Assembly (NCBI GenBank): GCA_051294905.1
Contig: CM119371.1
Coordinates: forward strand, 6,138,001 to 6,202,000
DNA length: 64,000 nt
Direction of reading: 5' to 3'
DNA from: Botryllus schlosseri
Lineage: Eukaryota
Part shown: positions 1 through 12,600 of the stretch, piece after piece
Layout of the letters: every line of letters starts with the position of its first letter
How positions within the stretch are numbered: position 1 is the first letter of the stretch
Program-made: the position numbers and the translations under genes
The notes under the pieces: generated by a model
Seen by the model: the letters and a program-made list of their open reading frames with translations, nothing else
Databases searched by the model: none
What the model was told of the DNA's origin: nothing

Positions 1-662
1 CCTTTTTTTTTAGTCATCCACCTAGCAATGTAGAGTAAAAAACGTTATTTTGAGATCTGAGCGGAAGTGATGACCTTTTTTTTTTTTTTTTTTTTTAGTC
101 AACCGACCGCAAAGTGGGGAAAATTCACCGGTTTTTGAGAATTCTACTCCGGTTTTGTATCTTGCAAATTTCTGAAAAAGTGTCCTCTTTTGGCATTTTC
201 AAAATATGGTAAGCCTATGTGAGCCCACACACACTGGGTGATGTAGGTATACAATGGTGGGTACAAACACGATATGAATTTAAATAGTTTAACGCAGAGC
301 GAATGTTTGTAGTTGTATAATTGTATATCTGACTCCAAGATGTATTATTGACTCCAAGAAGGTCTTCTTGGCCTTCACATAATTAGTCTCAAACGAATTT
401 TAGGCCACTTTCAAGCAGTTCGGTGTAACACTTGCAGCATCGTGTCACATAAGAATGCGTTTCGAGTTCTTTTCTAAATATATGAATCGGTTTAAAATTT
501 GGTGTTGTATCTCTAATGAATGGACAAGACTTTGCCCTCTTACATTCTGGAATTTAGAATAAAATTAAAATGGATATTTTGGACTGTCGAGAAGATTGAC
601 GTTGAACGGTACGGCATGGCGACTGAGAACCCCTGATACAGCCTATAGACTAGCAACAATAC

Positions 663-3600
663 CTCTTCGCGTACAATTTTCGAGACAGTTTGCACGTTTG
701 TAACCAGAGTCGGAGGATAATACAAGCCAGATTCTTGAGTTGGACAAGGGGCTTGGTAGATCTCGGCACCTTCTGCCCTTGCTTCCTCAACAAATTCGTT
801 GATCGTTTTCAGCTGAGACTCACTCACGATTGCACCCATGTCAATTGTCTGAAATCAATGCATTTGATGATGCTGTAGTAACACCAAAGATGATTCCCTA
901 TCAGAATTCAAGCAGAGACTACATTCTAGGGCTGAGCTCGTAATGAGTCGAGGACGCCTTGAACCCTGATTTGTTGTGTCACATCATTCAACTCATTAAG
1001 CACAAAGCTATGTAATTGAGTAAAATACCATGACTGTGAAAACGTGATCAACGCACAGCATGATCACAAAGCGAAATGAAATAGTTGTGATCGAAATTGT
1101 GCCAATTTAGCTTTAATGTGGCGTAGAACTAGTAAGGTTTCCATTGAGACAAATGCCGTCATAATGAGTGATACTTGAATGCTAGGATCAGAGCAAAATA
1201 CTCGATTCGGCATCTCATCAACCAGGTGCTTGATTTTGCTCGGCCCTTTCAGGGGTATAAGAACTCGCATAAATAAGTCAAAAACCACAAGAAGAACGTT
1301 TACCGACATTCATGCTTCAATATGAATTTAAACTCTTGGAATCTTAGGAATATCAGAGCATCAGATCATTCGAAACCAGACTCATACCTTGTCCAGTGAA
1401 TGACCAATTCGAAAATGAGTCAACCGCTCCTTGATGCGATTGATCACTTCGGCATAGATATTTTCTTGAATTAGAAGTCTGGAGCCAGCACTACACACCT
1501 AAAAAGATGTCCCCTGATCAAAAATGGTTCATTGATTTTGCATGTGTGATGTAATGATGTCAAAAACAAACTACCAGTAGTCGATTTGGTAAACAACAAA
1601 TTCGGTTATACGCAGCAAGGAACATTGGCGAATAAGCAAAAATACCTGTCCTTGATTGAACCAAACAGCATCAACAACTCCTTCCACAGTACTATCCAAG
1701 TCGGCCGAGTCAAAAACAATGACAGGAGACTTGCCTCCAAGTTCTAAAGACAACTTCTTGCCAGAGCCTGCTGTCAAACGTCTCAGAGTTTGTCCAACCT
1801 ATTCATCAATCAAAATATTCACAGCAATGTAATATAACCAAATCTTTTCATACAGAAAAGTAAACGAAGAAGATGATTATCAAACCATGAACATAAAGAG
1901 GTTTCATGGAGATAATACTCTTCAGTCATATTATTGTCAATTGTCGTCAATTTCATGTTCATCTAGCATAGGCGCAGAACGCTAATTTTCCTTAGGTATG
2001 CGGGTTCGATGACGTTCAAGGAATGACGTCATAATCTGACGGAATTGATAATTAGGGTTAATATAGCATCAATTCATGGGGGTTAAGTGCATGCGTGAAT
2101 GCCAATTATACAATCTCCTCGTGTTAACGAACCTGTGCGTATGTTAAGCTTTTTAGCGAGCCTGGAAGTGCTGTCAATTAGCGAGTCCCTGATCGCTCGC
2201 GTACAATTAAATACGCTGCATATCAACGCGTATGACGTAACCTCGGCGACGATTTGCGTAAGGCAAAATGTCCGAGTTGTTATGGACTCTGTTCTATAAT
2301 GGCACAGATTTCAGGTTGTTCAAACCTTTCTCGTCTTTTACAACTCAAGCCTTGACAGTTGACACACATCATCTGATGGTTATGTTTAAGTATTAGCGGA
2401 ATTCAATTACGCATGCACGGCGCACGCACAATCGCATATGTGTGCGGATATTCGATGTCATACAGTTTAGCGATGTCACTCTCGCAAATCAGTAGACACC
2501 TAACTGCATTGTCTTCAAGCCATCGAGAGATTGCAGCCAGCGCATGGTAGGCTCGAGACGCGGTGGTTGGCCACAGGCCAGCGATGATATCTTTCGTACC
2601 AGGCCCGTTGCAGATGATATCGTGCGCGTCAATGCAGATTTGATAGTGCAGGCTAGCGATGGTGATGTGATTGTTCAAGCCAGTGAAACCAGGCTTATTG
2701 GAGCAGCGGGATATCGCGCCGCGTTACATTGTGCACCGACGAATCTCGCTAATTGGCAACACGCTTCTCGCTAATTGCCCACTCGCAACGGGTTACCTCG
2801 CTCCCATAAGCGGCAGCAGGTAATGTCACAAACGGAAATACATTGCGATTTGTTCTAAATAACACATTCGGGGTCTATGCCGATACAAGCCAAACCGAAT
2901 TCTAGGTATGCCGCATACCTAAAAAAATGTCTAGGTATGCGTGGCATACCTTGCATACCCAGGTTCGGCGCCTATGTCATCTAGGGTAAGGTTTATATAC
3001 CAATTGCAGAATGCAAGTTTGCCGCCCATTAATTTGAGAAATTGAACATCAAATTTAGAAGTAACGTAGCAAATTTAAAACATAATTATCTGCATATAGA
3101 CTGTAGAGTTCATGGTCCACTGCCGGCACGGGTGTATATATTTTGTTAATGTCGATAGCTATTCCACGCGAGTAGCATTATAATTATAATTATTGCTGCA
3201 CAATACAGAATTAGATCAGAATTATCGTAAAAGCATAGAAACATTTCACAAGTTAGATTATAATTAGATTGCCGGCATCTCACTCTAATTATAGTCTAAT
3301 TGGACAGTTGGAATTATCTAGTTGTCCAAGCCTACCTCTAAGAATAAGTCCATTATTCGGGGGTTCAAATTTCTTCTGCTCGACTGCACAAGGGCAGGGC
3401 ACAGCAAGCAGGCAAAAGAGACTCGAGGCTTGGTGTGTGGCCTATTGCAGTTAGCATTGTTCATACGTACTGTTATCAATGGCAAAATTTCGCATAAAAA
3501 TTAATAACAATATCAGCGAGAGATGTGCACAGTCGATTCCCGCTAATTGGCAGCACGCTAAACTTGAAAAAGAGCGCTTTTGACCCCCGACCCCTATAAA

Positions 3601-6600
3601 TGGAATATAACGAAAGCGAGATGCCAGTAATCTAATTCTAATCCAATATCTTTTTCCAATCGAATTTGGAAAAACTTGTGCAGCAAAACTTGTGCAGCTA
3701 TAAGTCTAATTCGACCCCGTAACCCAACCCTAGAATAGTTGTACACATTGGTAAGCTCAGAAGACTTGTTTACTTTTCGACAGAACAATTTAGCAATATT
3801 TGACATTTCTTTCAACACACCATACAGCATAAAATTTAGTTAGTGGCGTTTAACATGACTTCACCTTACCGAACCTTCAATATTTACAACACATGTAATA
3901 TCAAAAAGACAGCAGTGAACTTTCTCAATAAATAACAGTGTTAAATATTAGTTTTAAAGTTTGATGTAAGAAATTTTAGGTTGATTTCAACTGTTGATGG
4001 TTCTCCGCAAAATTCACTTGAAAGGTTATAGCCGATCGCCATGCTAAAAAAGTTGAGAGCCACTAATCTAGACCAGCAGCACCTTTTAGACTCAATGGAT
4101 AAATTAATTACAAATAGCCGGTGAAGTAGTTCCTAAGTTGAATAAAAGGTAGGGAAAGTAGTTCCGTACCTGCGTAGATCCCGTGAAAGCAACTTTATCC
4201 ACATCTTCATGAGCAGCCAGCATGGAACCAAAAGCTCCATTACCAGTAACAACATTGAAAACTCCTGAAATTTTTTAAATACTAGGTCTTGCACAATCGA
4301 ATGATACAAAGATAGCTACCGGTAAGTTGCTTGTTCACTGAAAGTACCGTGAGTGTCAGTGTGTATGAAGAGTCAGTGCTATCTGCATATTCTGACAGAG
4401 GCGGCCAACCCGCGGCCTGCGAGAAGGCTTGGTAATTTTCGAAATTAGTTGTATTATGAACAACGGATTGCCATGATTGTGAACTTGCAAAGCCAACCAA
4501 AATTCCCTGCAAACTGAGCCCAGCGATATGCAGCAGATCCACAATATACCCAAGTATAAGTACTTTACAAGTAACCATATAATTGACCAAGTGCGTGTGG
4601 CCCTTTGGCTGAAAAGGTTGCCGCCCCCCCCCCTTGTTCTAGGACCATGTCAACCTCTATCACTGACCTGGTGCAATCCAGCTTCATGGCAGATTTCGGC
4701 CAACAAGAGTGCACTCAACCTCGTGAAGGTCGCTGGCTTCAGCACCACTGTATTTCCCATAGCCAGAGCGGGGCAGACCTAAATAAAAATCGAAGATAAG
4801 AAACTATTTATGAGGAGTATATGCAGCTGAAAAAAAAAGGCGTGTTTGAGAATATTCCAAATTTACTAACGCGTGCATGATGCTGATAATATAAGGATCA
4901 GCTACCTTTTCTCCCGCTGACGAACTTAGGCGTAACATGTATGCATGTTGGTGAAAGATCCAATTTTACATGCCACGATTAGGATCGCAGGGAAGCACAG
5001 CTGTTACATCTATCACATCGCACCAGAAGATGTCAATTGTCAATCGCTCAATTTTGCATACAAATAAATATGTAGCCTCAGCGGTAGGTCGTGGACCACA
5101 GTGCACTTTCTCCGCGACCCCGGAAAATAGGCAAACAACCTCATTGGAGACGCGACCCCCAGTTTGGGAACCTCTGGCTTAAGGAATTTTGAAATGCTGA
5201 AATTAATTGTGGTTTAAAAATATTATTGTTGTTCAAAATTAGTTATACTCCCGTGCGCAACATCACTATTCCTCACTAGCTGGCATCGATACAGCTTTGT
5301 CGATGGTAAAAGCATTCCATGGACGAAGAATTAGTTTGTATGAATGACCTTATTGCCTTGACGTGAAACGGTACAGACACTACCAAGACCAAGATGCTTT
5401 GATAACAACTTGTGGCTTCGCCACAACATTAAGCTTTACGAGGAGATAGGTTTCCAGCAAATACCGTGTCTAGCTAACCCCAATCTCTATTCTTCAGTCG
5501 CTAAAACTGTTGTCAGGTTTCGTGCGTGGCTCATATTTTGTAAAATACAATAAAAGTGATGATCACCATATTTTTGTTGATTTGTTTTCTTTGATTTAAT
5601 ATTATTTCTTTTGTGGTAACTAGTGTAACTGCGTCGGTCACCCATGTCAGAGAGCCCAACGTTGTACTGACGTAAAGTTATAAAATCTTGTTTGGAAAAC
5701 TGTACGGTCTATTTTATGTTGGTATTGAATTCATGAGGTGGTCCGCGACCCGTTTTGAGTTGGCGAGCCCTGCCCTAAACCCACACACAACCAATTAAGT
5801 ATACCTAAATTGTTATACAAATTATTCATCACATATTCATAAACCCAACTTCAGAATGGGAAAGAGCTTCATATTGTCTCATCTTACCTTCCACGTGAGT
5901 AGCATCAATGGGAAATTCCACGGCACAATAGCTCCAACCACGCCTGAAAGTAAGATAATGTATTCAGATTCACCACCATGCCAGAGTCCACCGACACAGG
6001 GATATAAACATCGATTGGTCCAAATATGTATATTCATAATCAGCAGTTCTTTGATTCTCATCCGCTCAAGGCAAACGTTTGGCAATGCGACACACACTAG
6101 ACCACTGGTTCTTAACCTTTTGAAGGGGGCGGAAACACTCAGGGGGCGATATGGGGGGGGGGGGGGCGGGCGCTGAGAAAAATGGCTTCGCAGTAGATGA
6201 TGTGGTAGTATGACATATCATTAATGAGTATTTAGAGCAAATTAACATTCAACAAAACATGTCAAATCCCGAAATGTTTGGTTGCGCTATGCGACGATGT
6301 TTGCTGCATATATATTTTCACAAATGTAGTGGGTTATTCTAATTCATGTAAAACGAATTGCGCGTACTTTTAGATCGCCAATTTCCCGTTAAAATGCTGC
6401 TGTCACGCTTGCTAGGGTTATTTTCAACTAAATGTTTCGAATTAGGTATTATATCTCGCAGCGCACAGCGTGTGGAAATCTAAGAAGGAGGCACTGTATA
6501 TCACTTTTGAGAGTTTTGAAGCTTTGTGCACGAAATGAATAACTAAATATAATTGTAGTTATAGGAGAACTACAAAATGAAATCGTCAGAATATTTCTTC

Positions 6601-9600
6601 GTCGTATCATAAAGGATGATACTATCCACTGTTGTGGTTCACAACCTCCATGAACGTCATATAATACGAGTGGCTTTGTTTGGAATGAATACATTCATGT
6701 TAAAAATAATTACCGAGTACAGCACTAAATTAAATGTGAGCAGTTATGTGCATCCCATTCTCAGTTGACTTACTTATAGTTACACAAAGCACTAAGACAA
6801 AATCCAATACTATTAATTTCCCGGTATTGACAATCGCAGATGTGAATTCGCGATGGTTCGAACCAAAGAGTATGGGACCGTACCCGATTGTTGTTATATC
6901 AACCTTTATTTGACCTTGAATACACCACACACAATTAGGCTATTATATGGCCTGTTATAGTCTGTTATATGGTCCTCGAGCGCGATTAAAGCGCGAAATA
7001 TTTACAATACTAAAGTTCCGAAAAAACCGACTGGACTTTGACGTCTTACCAGGACTAAAACTGCTGCAACCCAAACCCCCAATCGGTGAGCTCGAAGGGT
7101 GCCCTAAATTATTTCGGTGAATGAACATAAATTACAAATCATGTTTTGACGACACCCACACGGAATACGCATAATTATATAAAATAAAAATAGGCATATC
7201 GGTGTCGGCTATTACCACGCCACGAAGCACGAAGACATATGTAGTTCCGGTCAATATGGGACTCTTTTGAATATATAGCGGACGAGAGGTGACAAAATAA
7301 ATGATTGTACCAACGGGCACGCCCGAATGTGTTAAATTATTAATTACGTGGCCTTTATTTTCCAATACAACAGCTCACTCAGCGCTACTGGTAAATCTGA
7401 TTACGTGGGCTGAGGATAAAAAGTTCATAGCGACATTTATATGCAATTACCACCTATTCATTCATTCATTCATTCATTAATTACAGAAAATTTTTGGCTT
7501 CTAGGGCGATCAGGCCACACGAACTTTGCTGACCATCAAAATAGCGCGACGGGGTTCTTGGGAGCGAAGCCCTCAGAAGTTTGGTTTATGACGCTATGGG
7601 TGCGCAAGACAATCGTTTTTTTAGGGGGGCTGTTGAAGTGGTCACGGCCGGCCCTCCCTCCCATTCATTAATATGGCAGTCGCCTTGGCCTAGCTCGTGA
7701 CAGCGCTGCGTTCTTCTTTTTCAGACTAGGTGGGCCAATCTGTCTGCTACTATTGGTATTGACTATTCATATCAGTATTTGAAAATCTATTTACAAAAAA
7801 CACTGATTTGATTAAGAAATTGTACCGCGTCACAGTGGCGTGGACAGATGGGTTTGGGGTTCGAAACCCATTTCCTTTAAAACTCAAAATCATGTCAATT
7901 GATTGTGACGCGGTCAATTGGTCAACCATGTGCAATAAGTTCGAGAAACAAAATACGTCTTGGCAGGCGCGTAGCAAGAGGGTGGTTTTGCGGGTTGAAG
8001 CCCCGTCCTTTTGAAATGACCGTTCTGACGTTAATACTCGGTTGCAATTCAATAAGTCGTATTGTTGGTGTTGCGCGCAGCCAATTAGCGAGAGGCGTGT
8101 TGACAATTGGCGAGATCCGGCTGTGCACACTGTAACACGACGCGATCTCCCGCTGAGATGATTGAGAAATTAGGTCATAGTGTACGGCAATCGCTGCTGG
8201 CCTGATTTATCGCGTCTTCAACAAGCCTAGTTGGCGCTAACTTGAAGAATCGCATCTGTAATAGGCCCGGTGCGCACTATACCATCGATAGCCTTTACAA
8301 TTGCACCTGCATTTGTCTGGTGCGCACGATATCATCGCTAGCCTACACAATTGCATCTGCAATAGGCCTGGTACGAAAGATATCATCGCTAGCCTACATA
8401 ATTGCATATGCAATAGGCCTGGTACGAAAGATATCATTGCTGGCCTAACATGGTTTGGCTGCTATTTCTTGGTGGCTTGGAGACAATTCCGTTACGTATA
8501 TGCTGATCAGCTATTGTGAATAAAGAGTGACAACGCGAAACTGAACGACATCGAAGGTCCCCAAACATGTGCGACGTGTACATGCGCATGCGCAATTGAT
8601 TTTCGCTAATACTTAAACAGAACCACCAGAAGATGTGTGTCAAGGCTTGAGTTATAAAAAAGAATTGAACCACCTGAAATTGGCGTCATTATAGCACATA
8701 TTCCATAAAAACTCGGACATCGCCGAGGCTACGTAAGACGCCTCGATAAGCGCACGTATTCAATTGTTCGGCGCGTTGATAAGCGCTCGTATTTAATTGT
8801 TCACGACGGATCAGGGAGTCGCTAATTAACAGCACTTCCGGAGTCGTCGACAAGCTTATCATACGCATATAATTGTAAACACTAGGAGATTGTATAATCG
8901 TCATTTACGCATGTACTTAACGCTAATGAATTGATGGTATATGAGTAAATTTGGGAAAAATTAAAACCCCTCCCTTTTTATTTTATTTCAAAACCCATGT
9001 ATTGTACGCACCCTGCATTCGCAGTACATGAGTACATGAATAGTTGCGGTTTAGTATTCGATGTTGTTCTGTTTTGCGATGTCACTGTCGAACAATCATG
9101 ACATGATGATCGCTAATCATAATACAATTAACGGCATTGTCTCTAAACCAGAGTAGATAGTAGCCAAAGCCTGTGAGGTCGGCGACGCGATAGCTCAGGC
9201 TAACGACACACGACATCTTGCGCACGAGGCGTATTACAATTACAGATGCGATTGCTCAGGCCAACTGTTATGTCGGGCGCACCAGTCCTGTTGGAGATGC
9301 CACTGATTACGAAAGCGATTATATCTTGGGAAAATGGCCTCTTGTGTATGCGATTGTTAAGGCCTCTCGTTGACGCGATGAATCAACAAGGATTGCCGCG
9401 CACGCTTGTAGCAATCAGCGACCTGATCTCGCTCGCGTACAAACGGCAAACCAACTGAGCAAGAGATCGCATGCTTTGCAGACGACTCTCGTTAATTAGA
9501 AACGCTTTTTGTTAATTGGCAACACCCAACACGCTTCTCTATTTGGCAGCTCGTTTCACTCTATAATACGAATTACGTGACCCAATGGCTAGAGGTGATG

Positions 9601-12600
9601 CGTGATTCAAGCAAATATGAAGAAAGGTGTGATTTCAAGTTCTTGATCGAGGGATTATTTTTCAAGGCTTGCTGTACCCATGTCTAATACGCACCCCCCT
9701 ATTGTAGGGCAAAAAATCGGTAAAATTTTGCGCATTATACATGGAAAATTACGGTAGTAATATACATTGAAATGATGATTCTTCATTTTGCTCAGATATT
9801 GCTCAATAGAACAGTGGAAATACATTGCGATTCTTTTTCCAACCACACAATTCGAGAGGCGTCTGTGGCTTTATAATACACCAGACAGTTGTTTGCAGTA
9901 TTTGTTGCTGACTGTAACATGTTATCAGTCATGTGGCAGAGAGCATATCAGAACATCCGCAAAAGAAACCAGACAGAAGAATGATGTGAACTAGTTGCAT
10001 GAACCTACTCACCAACATCAAGGCAAACTTGGAGCCCATGCAACCTAATTGACCACCGAACAGTTCCACAGAATAAATAAATCTCCTCTTCAATAAATGT
10101 ACCTTGCACGGACATGCGGTTGCAGTTCACTCCAAGACTTGAATGCATTGCGCGCACATTTCACGGCATAATCAACGTCTTCCAGGTTACCCTGGAACAA
10201 AAGTAATTCATTGCCTGTAGTTGATTCTTCTGCTGAAGGTGTAACTCCCCGCAGTGTGTCATTAAGGCACAAATACTCTTACAATGCAAGAAGAATAAGT
10301 AGTTACAGATTTCATACAATGAGTTCCGTATAGTGAACAACATCAACAAAATAGATTGTCATAAGTACACTACATATTTCATTAGATCTTGATCTGTTTG
10401 ATTCTAGTCCAACTTTTGTTAAATTAGAAAATTCTGCCTTGAGTGCACAATTATATATATACATACAATATCTTGACAATAAAATGAACGAACTCTAGTA
10501 CCGATAAATTAATGGAGGGGGTCAATTTCGTCAAAATTGATGGCCAATAAACTTCTTACAGCCAAACATAGATAGCATGTGATTCATAGATTCAAAACTT
10601 GGCAGCAGATACCTCTAAGTAGTCTTAATCCATGGCCAAAATCTCAGTGGTCTCACCCTTAGATCAATACAAGAAAATGTGATGTCCAAAGTTACCCCGT
10701 CAAATTTTATCAGAACGGGGCAACTTTGGACGGTGAAAAATGTGATATTTAGAGCTCTGGAAAGTGGCTGCTTCATCTGTGTCAAAGGGTATCGTCAACT
10801 TTATTCCTTATGACCGGCCTGATGGCTTCTTAAAATGGAATGAGAAGGTTAATAAATTAGGAGTTTGCCAAAATATGAAAAAATGGGTAGGCAATGAGCT
10901 GAGAGATTATAATCGGGTGTAAGCTACTTGAAAAACTTATCACATACTCCTAAAGAAGCGCCTGCTGAATATGGGATATCGTAAATTACGACAAATATAT
11001 CCATCAGAGGACATAGGAAAGGGAAAATATATCTTTTCGAGAACAGTAAATATATTCGAAATCGGCAATAAATCACGCTAACATACTTAGCCTAATGTTT
11101 GCTGTCGATTGCTGACACTGCCAGTGGGATAACCCATTGTCACCATACGTTATTATAAGTCCCAATTGGTGAAGGCATGAGGGAAAATTGAGGAAAGGGA
11201 TGAATAAGGGGGCATTAGCCTTCATAAACTACCTAATTTTTTTTTTTTTTGGGGGGGGGGATTAGGTAAAAATCATGCAATAGGCCAGACATATACTATT
11301 TTGTTTCAGTTTTAGTCACTGCTCTCATCAACTCTTACCAAATAAGCCTCATTTACGAGGTTTCATAAACAATAGAGGGTAAAGGCATACAAAAAACTAC
11401 AAAAATTTACAAAAATAAGGTACTTATTTATGACCATGAAGATTTTGGATTAGTTAATTCTAATCTTTGCTCCATGACTCTAAAAAAACACAAAACTTGC
11501 CTCCCCTACACCCTAGCATGTCCAAGATACAAAGCGAAATTGTTGAGAATTGTCCAATGTTACCCCGGTTTACGGTAGTGTCATTGATCATTTTTGTGTT
11601 ACTCCAGAGATGCATCTTGCATCTTCGAAATTTGCCGGCTTCGACTAACCCTAGAAGTATGCTGGCGCACATCCAAACCTGCTTTTTCAAACTACTCACT
11701 TGAGAACTTTTCATACCTTCATTTTCTAATTCAACTTGAAGTAGTTCCGATATCTCAGAAATTGCTGTTTGTACTTTTCATTGAGTAAAATTTCCTGATA
11801 ATTATACTTCTACTTTGACCAGCTCCTGCTCTAACATGGTATGGAGTCGGTAGTATTGTAACATTTATTTACTTATCGTAAAGGCCTTGAGGTACATTTG
11901 TCACAAATATTTGTTGGAGTAACGATTTTGCACTCTTGGCAGGAATGAATTATAATTCACAGGCATGAACCCATCCATCACAGCTGGAAAACCAAACAGT
12001 CCTATCTCAACTTCCCATTTTAGACTTTTCGATTTAGGCCCATGACATGGAAAATGTACAATCTTAAGCTCCAATTAACCTCAGTAAATCAACAAGGAGA
12101 AATTTAATAAATGGTAAAATGAAACTAATGTGCATTTCCATAAAATAGGAGGCCTTTACTCCATTGTTTGGAGAAGACTGATATCCTGGGCTGGTCGAAT
12201 ATGCAATCGGGTCCAGTCTGTCGAGATGTACCAACGATATAATCTGCTTTATAAGACTTCTTTCATTAAAATTTTTGGAAAGTTTTGATACACAGCTAAC
12301 AGTAGCCTAGTTCCATTTATATACTTAAAATACTTCATTCATGATAGTACCGTATTGTTTTGGGTCTGTCAACATAATTTTATTCGCACACGTTTTCATT
12401 ATTATGACTATGACAGAGTTACTATGACACTTGACTTCATCTAGCTTTCTTTCCAAAATTGGATTGCTAGATCATACTTTGCCAAATTGGATTTAATTTT
12501 ATTCTCTGTTTACATGCTTAATATTGTGCCGTCAACTCTTGGATTTCACGGATCTGCTCTGAGTGAAATAAATTATACTGCAATGAATTTAGTCTTGAAA

